The notes beneath the pieces are model-generated. The model did no database searches, was not told the DNA's origin, and was given only the letters and a program-made list of their open reading frames with translations. The position numbers and the translations under genes are program-made. A stretch of 61,903 bases of DNA from Deltaproteobacteria bacterium (lineage in GTDB: Bacteria; Desulfobacterota; Deferrimicrobia; Deferrimicrobiales; Deferrimicrobiaceae), in the NCBI GenBank assembly GCA_016220005.1, contig JACRIV010000079.1:1-61903 (forward strand), given 5' to 3'. Positions within the stretch are counted from its first letter, which is position 1, and each line of letters opens with the position of its first letter. Of the stretch, positions 19,171-28,496 are shown piece after piece.

Positions 19171-19895
19171 CTCTTCTCCTCCCTTTCCGTGCGCACCAGG
19201 ATGATGGAGAGGTAACCCGTTTCCCCGTCTTCGCCCCGCAGCCTCCGAAGATCGGTCTCGATCCGCTGGCCGTCCATTCCCGCCCGTGAGACGAACACGC
19301 TCCTGTCGAGGAAACCTTCGTTCTCCAGGAGATCGACCAGCTGTCCCAGTCGTCTGCCCACCTTCATCAGGACGAGCGTTCCCCCTGCGGCGAGGGCTTG
19401 CCGGACCGTCCGAAGGTCGTCCGCCGCCGGGACGATAGTCACCGGCTCCTTGAATCGCCCGATGGGGAACTCCGCCAGCGAGGCCGCGGCGCCCATTGCC
19501 GTGATCCCCGGTACGGTCACGACTTCCACTCCCGGGATGCGGGCACGGAGAGACTGAAGGAGGTAAATGTAGGTGGAATACAGGAGAGGATCCCCAAGGG
19601 TCAGGAAACAGGCATCCTGTCCGGATTCGAGGGAGGCGGCGATCTCCTCCGCCGACGCCTCCCATACCGAGGCCAGCTCCTTCCGATCCGTCGTCATGGG
19701 GAAGACCAGCTCGCAGACCCGGGAACCAGGGTCCAGGTACCTCCTTGCGATTTCCAGGGCGAGGCTCTCCGAGGCGTTTCCGGCCTTCGGAACGAACACG
19801 TTCCGACATCGCGCCAGAAGCTTCGCCCCCTTTACGGTCATCAGTTCGGGATCGCCGGGGCCGACGCCGATCCCGTAGAACGTTCCTCGTTTCAA
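19167..19895 (-). CDS. cbiL: Cobalt-precorrin-2 C20-methyltransferase
   Basis: YGIGVGPGDPELMT, FPM, TLGDPLLYSTY, YLS. Confidence 0.92.
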   Translation of the reverse strand: MKRGTFYGIGVGPGDPELMTVKGAKLLARCRNVFVPKAGNASESLALEIARRYLDPGSRVCELVFPMTTDRKELASVWEASAEEIAASLESGQDACFLTLGDPLLYSTYIYLLQSLRARIPGVEVVTVPGITAMGAAASLAEFPIGRFKEPVTIVPAADDLRTVRQALAAGGTLVLMKVGRRLGQLVDLLENEGFLDRSVFVSRAGMDGQRIETDLRRLRGEDGETGYLSIILVRTEREEKR

Positions 19896-20530
19896 ACAAA
19901 CACCCCATCGTTGAGGAGCAGGACGATACCCCTTCCGACGTTGGGCAGCCGGGAAAGTTCACCAGGGTCCACCTGGCGGATCCGTTCACCGGGAAGGGTC
20001 AGATCTTCACAAAGAAACACCCGGCGTCCCTCCCCAAGCTGTTCAAGCAGCTCCACGATCCGCCGGACTGATCCACCTCCTCCCACGAGGACGGCGATCT
20101 TGTCGGCATCGCGGAGACGCTCCATATCCCCCTCCGCCGGACGGCCATGGACGCTTACGACGTTCGCATCGTGCCACCCGAGCCCCAATCGGGCAAACAC
20201 CACCTGGACCGAACTGATCCCGGGGACTACTTCGCACGCATCGCGGCCGAACCGCGAAATCACCGGAAGGGCCAGGCTGTAAAGCCCGGGATCGCCGGAT
20301 ACGAGGACGGCTACCCTGCCCTGGCTCCGGCGGGACGAGATTTCGCCGAGTACCTTCTCGACGTCCGAACCGACGACGATCCGTTCCGCCATCGAGGAGG
20401 GAAAGAGCTCGAGGAGGCGTGCCGCTCCCACGAGGACATGGGCGCCCTCCACAGCCCGCTTCGCAGCGGGCGTCAGGTAGTCGGGGGATCCCGGACCGCA
20501 GCCCACGATGACGATCGTCTTGTCCCTCAT
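19892..20530 (-). CDS. cbiE: Cobalt-precorrin-7 C5-methyltransferase (stand-alone CbiE)
   Basis: IVGCGPG, LVSGDPGLYS, PGISSVQ, SVHGR; 212 aa with no CbiT domain. Confidence 0.88.
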   Translation of the reverse strand: MRDKTIVIVGCGPGSPDYLTPAAKRAVEGAHVLVGAARLLELFPSSMAERIVVGSDVEKVLGEISSRRSQGRVAVLVSGDPGLYSLALPVISRFGRDACEVVPGISSVQVVFARLGLGWHDANVVSVHGRPAEGDMERLRDADKIAVLVGGGGSVRRIVELLEQLGEGRRVFLCEDLTLPGERIRQVDPGELSRLPNVGRGIVLLLNDGVFV

Positions 20531-21582
20531 CTCCACGGGATCGTATCCCCGTCGGAGCCCAGGAGGTCCCCCCGCATGTCGACCAGGGCGACCGCCGCCC
20601 CGCTTTGGCGCCTCACGCGGCGCATGACCTCTTCCCGCACCTTGCCCGCCAGGTCCGCCGCAAGCGTTGCGCGGTCGGCCGCCGGCAGCGCGCCGAAGAT
20701 CCCTTCCACGGTGGGGCACTCCGGCGGCGTTCGACCGAGGACCCTTGCCGCAAGATCGACTACGTAAGGAACAGCCCGGGAAGACCGTGCGGAGTGGGTA
20801 TCCCACTGTCCCATGGCAAGCTTCGCGAGCTTGCCGGGGTGCCCGAGAACAAGCACGCGTTCGAACCGGTAATCCGGGATATGATCGAGAATGAATCCCC
20901 ACTCGTTGCCGACCTCGATCACTTGTTGGGTGGAAAGCCGGAAGTGTTCCCGAGCGGCTTTTTCCCCGATACGACCCGGTACAAGGACGGGCGAAAGGAC
21001 CCCGCACCCTGCTGCGACTCCGAGCGAACATTTCAACGCTTCCCGCAGCGCCGGAAGGCTGAAGGGGCGCACCCGTCCGGTGGTCCCCAGGATGGACAGG
21101 CCCCCGGCTACGCCGAGCCGGGGGTTGAACGTCCTTTCCGCCAACTTCCTTCCGCCGGGGATCGAGATGGTGACCTTGATCGGACGGTCCGTCACCTCGC
21201 GAACCGCTGCCTGAATCATCCCTCGCGGGACGGGATTGATGGCCGGCTCGCCCGGGGGGATTACGAGCCCCGGCCTGGTGACGGTCCCCACCCCCTCCCC
21301 GGCCGCGAAGGTCACGTCTCCTCCTTCCGCAAAGGACACCGACACCGATACCATCGCGCCATGGGTAACATCGACATCGTCACCGGCATCTTTCCGGACG
21401 GCGACTTCCGCCTCTGCGTTGCGCCGGCAGGCATGGACAGTCGACAAGGTCACTCGCGTCCCGTCCGGGAGGGAAACCTCGATCTCCCGTGGAGCCGGTC
21501 TGCCGCAAAGGACCATTGCGGCGGCCTTCGCTGCCGCCGCCGCACACGTCCCCGTCGAATATCCCGAACGGCCGGCATTCAT
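20527..21582 (-). CDS. cbiD: Cobalt-precorrin-5B C1-methyltransferase
   Basis: GYSTGTCAAAA, KDAGDDVDVTHG, AINPVPR, TFNPRLGVAGGLSILGTTG, GQWDTHS. Confidence 0.95.
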   Translation of the reverse strand: MNAGRSGYSTGTCAAAAAKAAAMVLCGRPAPREIEVSLPDGTRVTLSTVHACRRNAEAEVAVRKDAGDDVDVTHGAMVSVSVSFAEGGDVTFAAGEGVGTVTRPGLVIPPGEPAINPVPRGMIQAAVREVTDRPIKVTISIPGGRKLAERTFNPRLGVAGGLSILGTTGRVRPFSLPALREALKCSLGVAAGCGVLSPVLVPGRIGEKAAREHFRLSTQQVIEVGNEWGFILDHIPDYRFERVLVLGHPGKLAKLAMGQWDTHSARSSRAVPYVVDLAARVLGRTPPECPTVEGIFGALPAADRATLAADLAGKVREEVMRRVRRQSGAAVALVDMRGDLLGSDGDTIPWR

Positions 21583-22463
21583 TTGCCTCCCCCCTCCCGA
21601 TTCCCGACGATCAGCGCCTCGGGGATGAGATCCAGAAGTCGCTTGCGCGCCTCGCCCACCGTAAGCGGCAGGCCTTCGATCGGCACCCCATCGTATCGCT
21701 TCAGATCGTGGAGGAGGCCGGAAATGTAAGGCAGCCTCAAGCTCGCCCTCTCGATCATCTCGTGCTCGCAAAAGATCGCCTCCGGAGGCCCGTCCTTGAG
21801 CACCCTTCCCCCCCGAAACACGTAGATGCGGTCCGCGAAAAGGGGCAACAGGTCCACCGAATGGGTGGCAAGGATCACCGTGATCCCCCTTTCCCGGTTC
21901 AGCCGGCTGAGGAGGCGCATCATCAGCGTTTCGCCCGCCGGATCCAGCCCCGCCGTCGCCTCGTCGAGGATCAGGATCGACGGTTCCATCGCCAGCACCC
22001 CGGCCACGGCCACCCGCTTCTTCTCGCCGAAGCTCAAGTGATGCACCGCACGGGAGAGCAGGTCCCCCGCCACCACCGATTCCAAGGCGGCGGCGACGCG
22101 GCGCCCGACCTCCGGTTCCGGAAGTCCAAGGTTGCGCGGACCGAAGGCAACGTCCTCCTCCACAGTGGCGCCGAAGAGCTGGTCGTTCGGGTCCTGGAAG
22201 ACCACGCCCACCTCCTGGTAGAGATCCCTCGAGGGAAACCCCCGGATGTCCCGGCCCGCGATCCTGACCGTCCCCGTCCCGGGGCGCAACAGGCCGGAAA
22301 GCACCTTGATCAAGGTGGTCTTGCCCGATCCGTTCGAGGCGAGGACGGCCACGAACTCTCCCCTCCGCACCCGGAAATCTACGTCCTGTAGCGCCCGTGT
22401 CCCCTCGGGGTAGAGGAAGGAGAGGGCTTCCGTCTCAATAGCCCAGCCGCGTCCTGCTTCCAT
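21579..22463 (-). CDS. cbiO: Cobalt ECF transporter ATPase
   Basis: NGSGKTT, FQDPNDQLF, LSFGEKKRVA, LDEATAGLDP. Confidence 0.92.
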   Translation of the reverse strand: MEAGRGWAIETEALSFLYPEGTRALQDVDFRVRRGEFVAVLASNGSGKTTLIKVLSGLLRPGTGTVRIAGRDIRGFPSRDLYQEVGVVFQDPNDQLFGATVEEDVAFGPRNLGLPEPEVGRRVAAALESVVAGDLLSRAVHHLSFGEKKRVAVAGVLAMEPSILILDEATAGLDPAGETLMMRLLSRLNRERGITVILATHSVDLLPLFADRIYVFRGGRVLKDGPPEAIFCEHEMIERASLRLPYISGLLHDLKRYDGVPIEGLPLTVGEARKRLLDLIPEALIVGNREGGGK

Positions 22464-23239
22464 CACGGCAACATCCCTTCGGCGAGGAGATAGGCTGCCA
22501 GGAGGATAGGAGGCGCAACGCCTGCGACCAGGCGGTCCGCCCGGCGCATGGGGCCCATCGGCCCGAAGCCGATTTGCCCGGAATAGCCGCGGGCACTCAT
22601 GGCCTCGGCCGTCCGGGAAGCCTGGTCGACGGACCGGAGGAGGACCGTTCCCCCCAGGATCCCCATCGACGAGAGGGATCGTCCCGGACCCGAATATCCG
22701 AGGCGCACCCGTTGCGCGGCGGACACTTCCGCCGCCTGGTCCAGCAGAACGAACGTATAACGATAGGTGAGCATCGCGATCTCCACCCATCCGCCGGGAA
22801 CCCCGGCCCAGCGGAGGACATGAAAAACCCGATGAGCGGGCGTCACCGAGCCGAGCAGCAGAACGATGGACGAGCACCCGAGGACGCGAGCCCCCAGGAG
22901 AAGGCCGTGCCGCGCGCCTTCCGCCATGGCGGTGAACCGGACCCCTGCTACGGACACGCCGAAGAGCGGCGTGGCGCCGACCAGGAAGCTTTGCAGGAGC
23001 ACGAGGACGGATGCGATCACCGCCGGTCCGGCGAGTCGGGCGAGCACCCATCGGGCGGGAATTCGCACGGCGAACAGGCCGGACAGGCAAACGACGAACA
23101 CGGCGATCGGAAGCGTCGCACCGCCGGAGAAGAGCGCGGCCAATATGCCGGCAACCGCCACGGACAGCTTCGCCCTGGGGTCCAGCCGCACCAGCGCGTT
23201 ATCCCTTCCCGCGAAGATGTCCGAGAACAGCTCAACCAT
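22463..23239 (-). CDS. cbiQ: Cobalt ECF transporter T component
   Basis: LDPRAKL, YRY, AQRVRLG and AMSARG conserved Arg motifs. Confidence 0.9.
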   Translation of the reverse strand: MVELFSDIFAGRDNALVRLDPRAKLSVAVAGILAALFSGGATLPIAVFVVCLSGLFAVRIPARWVLARLAGPAVIASVLVLLQSFLVGATPLFGVSVAGVRFTAMAEGARHGLLLGARVLGCSSIVLLLGSVTPAHRVFHVLRWAGVPGGWVEIAMLTYRYTFVLLDQAAEVSAAQRVRLGYSGPGRSLSSMGILGGTVLLRSVDQASRTAEAMSARGYSGQIGFGPMGPMRRADRLVAGVAPPILLAAYLLAEGMLP

Positions 23240-23522
23240 CCTTCCGCCCGCTCCCGTCCCGCGTTTTCGGGGGGAACAGCTCCCGAAAGAAGTATCCGCC
23301 GACGCAGCCTCCCGCTCCTCCCGCAAGGAGAAAAAGGAACAGGAGAAGGTCCCCCCGGTCGGTGTTGATATACGGCTCCCGCGGAGGACGCCCCGCCTCC
23401 TCGGCGAACTTCGCCACCACCGTTTTGTCCACGCCCTCCCACTGGCCGCCGGGACCCGCGACCGCAAAGACGAGGACCGTCGCCAGGGAAACGACCGCTC
23501 CGGCCACGGCCACCCGCCTCAT
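23232..23522 (-). CDS. cbiN: Small cobalt-transport membrane protein (CbiN-like)
   Basis: Two TM segments around WEGVD...; position between cbiM and cbiQ; ATGA overlap with cbiM. Confidence 0.7.
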   Translation of the reverse strand: MRRVAVAGAVVSLATVLVFAVAGPGGQWEGVDKTVVAKFAEEAGRPPREPYINTDRGDLLLFLFLLAGGAGGCVGGYFFRELFPPKTRDGSGRKDG

Positions 23523-24262
23523 GGCGCCCATCCTTCCGCCGGGAGCTCCAGCAGCTCGGGGCGGCGCGTCCGGATGAATCGGTATGCCCCCGCCGCAAGG
23601 AATCCCTCGAAGACCCCCAAGGGAACCTGCGTCGGGACGAACGCGGCAAGGATCATCCGAAACAGGGCCGCGATGGAGCCGCCCCCGGCCAGCGCCGCGG
23701 AGAGCGAAAACGAGGTAGCAGCGTAAGTGCCCCAATCCGAGAGCAGGCCCGCGAGGAAAGCGGCAACGGGCCACGGCGCTCTAACCTTCCGCGCAAGGAG
23801 AAACGCGCCGTATCCGAGATAGCCGCCTACCACCCCCATGGACACGATGTTCGCGCCGAGGGTCGACAGCCCCCCGTGGGCCAGGAACAACGCCTGCAGC
23901 AGGAGCGCCACGCTGGTCACGATGACGGCCTGCCCGGGGCCGATGAGGATCGCCGCCAGGCCCGTGCCGCACGGGTGGGAACAGGTCCCCGCCGTGGGAA
24001 CCGGAATCGGCATGCACGAGACGACGAACACGCCCGCCCCCACCAGTCCCACCAGCGTCTTGAAATGGGGAGCCCGCCCGGCGCGAATCCGCAGGTCGCG
24101 CATTCCGAGGACGAGGAACGGCGCGGCCACGAGGAACCAGAACCCGGCCCACCCCGGCGGGAGGATCCCCTCGGAGATGTGCATCCCGTAGGCACGTCCC
24201 GGAAGCAAGGCAAGGGCGACGATCCACAGAACGTACGCCGCTTTTTCCCATCGAACCGTCAT
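23519..24262 (-). CDS. cbiM: Cobalt ECF transporter S component with signal peptide
   Basis: Mature N-terminus MHISEG, CSHPCG, QALFLAHGG. Confidence 0.93.
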   Translation of the reverse strand: MTVRWEKAAYVLWIVALALLPGRAYGMHISEGILPPGWAGFWFLVAAPFLVLGMRDLRIRAGRAPHFKTLVGLVGAGVFVVSCMPIPVPTAGTCSHPCGTGLAAILIGPGQAVIVTSVALLLQALFLAHGGLSTLGANIVSMGVVGGYLGYGAFLLARKVRAPWPVAAFLAGLLSDWGTYAATSFSLSAALAGGGSIAALFRMILAAFVPTQVPLGVFEGFLAAGAYRFIRTRRPELLELPAEGWAP

Positions 24263-24750
24263 TTCCGCCCTCCCCTGTCCTGATGGCCGGGGTCTTCCGG
24301 CCCCGAAGCGGACCGCTCCCGACCCCGCGGCATCATTTCGCGCACGTCGCGAAGGCTCAAGGACTCCGTCGCACGTTTCTCCACAAGGTCGACGAGGGAT
24401 TCGTCGTAGCCCAGGTTCTTGCCGAGAATCATCGTCACGTCCGGGTATCCTCGGACCTTTTCCCGCAACATCCCGGGGATGTCCTCCAGGAGGTGTTGCC
24501 CCTCATGGAGGAAATAGGGGATGACCACGACCTTTCCCGCCCTCACCGTGGCGCACTTCTCCAGAGCCTCGGACAGGGAGGGCTTCTGAAGCGACATGTG
24601 GCAAACCTCCACGAGGATGTACTTCCCCCTTTCCCTGAGCCTGGCGGCCACCTGTTCCATGGCTTTCCCGGCCCCCGGCAAGCGGCTCCCGTGGCCAAGG
24701 AGGATGACGGCTTCTCCGCTGAATTTGTTGCCCGTCGTGTCCCGGTCCAT
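24259..24750 (-). CDS. cbiX: Single-domain sirohydrochlorin cobaltochelatase (short CbiX)
   Basis: LLGHGSR, PYFLHEGQHLLEDIP. Confidence 0.88.
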   Translation of the reverse strand: MDRDTTGNKFSGEAVILLGHGSRLPGAGKAMEQVAARLRERGKYILVEVCHMSLQKPSLSEALEKCATVRAGKVVVIPYFLHEGQHLLEDIPGMLREKVRGYPDVTMILGKNLGYDESLVDLVEKRATESLSLRDVREMMPRGRERSASGPEDPGHQDRGGRK

Positions 24751-24756
24751 TCCGGG

Positions 24757-26187
24757 TCACCGCCCCTGGCTTCTTTCCGGCGTGCCGATCTCGATAGCGG
24801 TCGACATCCCGGTGTCCCAGCCGTCCCACAGGTACGCGCCTTCCTTGCCGTCGGCGATAAGCCGCAGTGCATATCGGACCTGCTCCTCGTACAGTTCGCA
24901 GAAAGCGCCGGGGCGGCGCATGCCTCCGTTCATCTCGTGCGCTTCGGCAGGACAGGGAGATCCGCAGAAATGTCGCACCGCACACCGGGAACAAGGTTCG
25001 ATGTCTTCCACCTTTCGTTGCGTCACTTTCCTGAAAGCCTGACTTTCGAGCGCCCTCGGAATCTCGTCCCTGAAGAGATTTCCGCCCTTGAACTCGCGGA
25101 ACCCGATGAACTCGCTGCAAGGGAAAAGATCCCCACGGGCGGATACCGCGAAGAAATACCGCCCGCCCCCGCAGGGCGAGATATCGCACATGAGCCGTCT
25201 TGCCGCGGGCGCAACGATGCTCACGAGCACATTGGCGAAGTTCGCGACCACCAGCTTTCGGCCACTCTCCCCGTACAATTCATACGAGCGATCGAGCGCC
25301 GCGAGATAGGGCACGGCAAGCTCCTTGTCCCGGGGCTTGAGGAAGCGGGCGCCCTGGCGGGTGCAACGAAGGGGGTTGAGCATGCACGCAGGAACTTCCT
25401 GTTCATGCAGGAACTCCACCATCCGGGGAAGCGAGCGCATGTTCCTGCTCGTCACGGTGCAGAGGACGTTGTAGTCCGGGTATCCCTTCAGTTTCTCCAG
25501 GGCGCCGGCCACGATCCTGAACGTTCCCTCCCCACCCCACGTTTTTCTCGTGCGATCCGCGACCTTGTCCAGGTGCCCGTCCAGCGACAGGCCGATGCCG
25601 ACCTTGCGCGAGGCCAGGAACCCGATCGCCTCGTCGTCCAACAGCGTGCCGTTGGTCTGCACGCCGAAGCGGAAATCGTCCCGGTATTCCTCGATCCCGG
25701 CGAAGACGGCGTCGCGGCAGAGCATCGGTTCCGAGCCGTGGAAGACGATCTGCGGCCGCGTTCCTCGGGGGAAATGCTTTTCGAAGTATGCTTTCAGTAT
25801 CCCGAGGGCCTCGATCAGCCTGGCCCGGGACATGCGCTTGCCCTCCCGGCGCATCTTTTCCGGGATGTAACAATAGGGGCAGTTGAGGTTGCAGCGTTCC
25901 GTGGGGTTGAAATAGACCGCCATCGGGTTCACTTCGAACCGGAGCTTCTCCATTTCCGACAGGAATGCGGCCCTTTTCCTGCGATATTGCGAAAAGAGGG
26001 AGCCGTCGGTGAGCGCTTCCCCGAGCTTCCTCTTCTTCACGAGAGACCAGAAAGCCGTATCGGGGTCCAGCAGGGCGATATAGTCCGGGTGCCCGATGTC
26101 GATCGGCTGTATCGTGGGCCCCTTACCCGTGTTGAAATAAATCCCTCGCGATGGTGTCTCGTTGCTCCCTTTTTTCAGGTCCGCCAC
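24757..26187 (-). CDS. cbpB: Radical SAM/SPASM peptide-modifying enzyme (CbpB-like)
   Basis: CNLNCPYC, FHGSEPML, QTNGTLL, GLSLDG; SPASM Cys pattern CDISPC...FPC...CSRC...FCGSPC...FC; family name recalled from TIGRFAM, not searched. Confidence 0.85.
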   Translation of the reverse strand: MADLKKGSNETPSRGIYFNTGKGPTIQPIDIGHPDYIALLDPDTAFWSLVKKRKLGEALTDGSLFSQYRRKRAAFLSEMEKLRFEVNPMAVYFNPTERCNLNCPYCYIPEKMRREGKRMSRARLIEALGILKAYFEKHFPRGTRPQIVFHGSEPMLCRDAVFAGIEEYRDDFRFGVQTNGTLLDDEAIGFLASRKVGIGLSLDGHLDKVADRTRKTWGGEGTFRIVAGALEKLKGYPDYNVLCTVTSRNMRSLPRMVEFLHEQEVPACMLNPLRCTRQGARFLKPRDKELAVPYLAALDRSYELYGESGRKLVVANFANVLVSIVAPAARRLMCDISPCGGGRYFFAVSARGDLFPCSEFIGFREFKGGNLFRDEIPRALESQAFRKVTQRKVEDIEPCSRCAVRHFCGSPCPAEAHEMNGGMRRPGAFCELYEEQVRYALRLIADGKEGAYLWDGWDTGMSTAIEIGTPERSQGR

Positions 26188-26268
26188 GATCGTCTCCTTG
26201 TTTCCTGTGGTCTCCCGCAGGTCGTGCGGGACCCCCGGCGACAGGACCGGGCGTCCCGCTCCGAACTC

Positions 26269-26376
26269 CTACCTGCTCTTCCCTTTCATGAAAAGGAAAT
26301 GGGACAGGCCGGTGCCAATGACCTTGCAGGTCTTGCGGTAAGCGATCACTGCCCTTGTCGTCTTGCTTTTCTTCAC
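26269..26376 (-). CDS. cbpA: 35-aa putative precursor peptide (CbpA-like): MKKSKTTRAVIAYRKTCKVIGTGLSHFLFMKGKSR
   Basis: SD AAGGAGGTGA then GTG 26376, stop TAG 26269-26271; directly upstream of the rSAM/SPASM gene; absent from the ORF track. Confidence 0.8.
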   Translation of the reverse strand: MKKSKTTRAVIAYRKTCKVIGTGLSHFLFMKGKSR

Positions 26377-26412
26377 GGGTATCACCTCCTTTCGGAGCAG
26401 GATGGTTCTCCC

Positions 26413-27096
26413 CTATTCCGATCTCCGAGCAGCCGCGGAACAGAGGGCATGAAGCGCGCTCACGGCCATGGGACTGCCGCCTCGCCGTCCGGAAACGGCG
26501 ACGAAAGACATTCCCAGGGACATCAGCTCCTGCTTGCTTTCCTCCACATGCACGAAGCCCACCGGCATGGCGATCACGAAGGCCGGCCGGATCCCTTCTT
26601 CGATGACAAGGCGGTTGAGCTCCAGCAGGGCGACCGGGGCGTTGCCGATCAACGCTATTCCTCCGTCGAGGGTCGCCCTGGCCTTGCGGACGGCGAAAAG
26701 GGAGCGCGGCAGGCCGCTTTCGACGGACTGCCGCGCCACGTCCTCGTCCGCCACATGACACACGATGCTGTCGCGGCCGTACGTCGGGCATGCCTCCCGC
26801 AGGCGATTCAGGGAAAGTCCGGCCCGAATCATGTTGGAGTCCGCATAAAGCGGGCGTCCGGCGCGAAGCGCCGCAGCCCCTGCTTCCACCGCATCCGGAG
26901 AAAATCTGACGTATTCCAACAGCCCGAAATCCGCGGTGGCATGAATCATTCGGCGGACCACCTGCCACTGGGCGGGTGCAAATCGGTGTGAGGGGACTTC
27001 CCTTTCGATTCTCTCGAGCGAGAGGGCCTCGATGGCCTCTCCGGTCAGCGGAGAAGCATAGAGCGACAGGATGAGGGGCGGGGCGTCACTCGCCAT
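26413..27096 (-). CDS. cbiC: Cobalt-precorrin-8 methylmutase
   Basis: RRMIHATAD, IGNAPVAL, MPVGFV, GRRGGS. Confidence 0.92.
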   Translation of the reverse strand: MASDAPPLILSLYASPLTGEAIEALSLERIEREVPSHRFAPAQWQVVRRMIHATADFGLLEYVRFSPDAVEAGAAALRAGRPLYADSNMIRAGLSLNRLREACPTYGRDSIVCHVADEDVARQSVESGLPRSLFAVRKARATLDGGIALIGNAPVALLELNRLVIEEGIRPAFVIAMPVGFVHVEESKQELMSLGMSFVAVSGRRGGSPMAVSALHALCSAAARRSE

Positions 27097-28480
27097 GGTT
27101 TTGCTCGCAAAGCGAAAGAAAGCTCTCCACGGAACGCGGATGGGATCCGAAATGAACGTGAACATAGCTCGCCAGCGTCCGGCTTCGCCCATATCCCTCC
27201 GGAATCACGGCCTCCGACCGCCGGTGCCTGATACGATAGACAGCCCTCCACGCGGGATCCGCGAACGGATCGCCGGTCAAGTCGGAGTAATGGAACTCAT
27301 GCCCGCGAAGGATCGTACCGGGGGGACCCAGGAGCGTATTCTCCGACAGGTTGATCTCGGCATACCCCAGCCTCTTCGGACGGTTGAGCATACGGGTCCA
27401 CGACGGCAGCAGCCCGACGAAGCCGTGACGCGCACCGTCCCGGGTCTCGATCCCTTCCGCCAGGTACATCAATCCGCCGCACTCGGCGTATACCGGACGG
27501 CCACTCTCCGCGAAACGCTTCACCGCCTCTATCATGTGCCGGTTCCTCGAGAGCGTCTCCGCATGTTCTTCCGGGTATCCTCCGCCGATATACAGCCCGT
27601 CGAGTTTTTCCGGCAGGCGCTCGTCCCTTATCGGGGAGAACCGGACCAGTTCGCCCCCGCCCGCTTCAAGCGCCTCCAGGTTGTCGGGATAATAGAAATG
27701 AAACGCCTCGTCCCAGGCCACCCCGATCCGCACCCGCCTCTTGCGTCCCGGGGGATTGCCGGATGCGCAAACGCGTCGGACCTTGGCCACGCCGTGCGCC
27801 AGCTTCATCACCGCCTCCAACGAAACATGCCTCTCCAGAACGTCTGAGAACGCTCCAAGGAGTTCCGGCGTCAACGTCCCGGGATCCGCAGGGGCCAGGC
27901 CCAGGTGCCGGCTTCGCAAGGCGGGAAAAGCACCCCGGGAGATCCTGCCGAGAAGCGGCGGCAAGGACGATCCCCGGAGGGATTCGGCCAGCCAGGCAGC
28001 GTGCCGGTCCGATCCGCACCGGTTTGCGACAACGCCGGCCACTCTTACGCCGCGCTCGAATCCGGTAAACCCCTTCACCGTCGCGGCCACGCTGCGGGAC
28101 ATGCCGCCGGCGTCGACCACCAGCAGCACCGGAGCGGAAAGCCACCGAGCGATCTCGGCGGTGCTCCCTTCGGAGGAAACGGGGTCAGCCCCATCGAAAA
28201 GACCCATCACCCCTTCGACGATCGCCACGTCCGCCCCGGCAACGGCGCGGGCGAAAAGCGCGTGCACGTACGCTTCCCCGGTCATCCAGCCATCGAGGTT
28301 GTAGCAGGGCCTCCCTGAGGCCAAGGCCAGGTAGGAAGGGTCCAGGAAGTCGGGCCCCACCTTGAAGGTCTGCACCCGGAGCCCACGCCGTTTCAGGGAG
28401 GCAGCAAGGGCGAGGGAAAGGGAGGTCTTCCCGACCCCGCTGCCGGTACCCGCAATGACGACGGTGGGACACGACGCCAT
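27086..28480 (-). CDS. cbiA: Cobyrinate a,c-diamide synthase
   Basis: SGVGKT, FKVGPDFLDP, EGVMGLFDG, AFHFYY, AECGGLMYL, GHEFHY. Confidence 0.95.
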   Translation of the reverse strand: MASCPTVVIAGTGSGVGKTSLSLALAASLKRRGLRVQTFKVGPDFLDPSYLALASGRPCYNLDGWMTGEAYVHALFARAVAGADVAIVEGVMGLFDGADPVSSEGSTAEIARWLSAPVLLVVDAGGMSRSVAATVKGFTGFERGVRVAGVVANRCGSDRHAAWLAESLRGSSLPPLLGRISRGAFPALRSRHLGLAPADPGTLTPELLGAFSDVLERHVSLEAVMKLAHGVAKVRRVCASGNPPGRKRRVRIGVAWDEAFHFYYPDNLEALEAGGGELVRFSPIRDERLPEKLDGLYIGGGYPEEHAETLSRNRHMIEAVKRFAESGRPVYAECGGLMYLAEGIETRDGARHGFVGLLPSWTRMLNRPKRLGYAEINLSENTLLGPPGTILRGHEFHYSDLTGDPFADPAWRAVYRIRHRRSEAVIPEGYGRSRTLASYVHVHFGSHPRSVESFLSLCEQNHGE

Positions 28481-28496
28481 CACAATTCCACCCCTT

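Noticed and set aside
24283-26991. 902-aa plus-strand ORF, and similar long antisense ORFs (8901-11393, 13326-15275, 38250-41141, 42663-44897, 50097-52466)
   Set aside because: Shadow ORFs opposite well-supported genes, expected at high GC; no recognisable motifs
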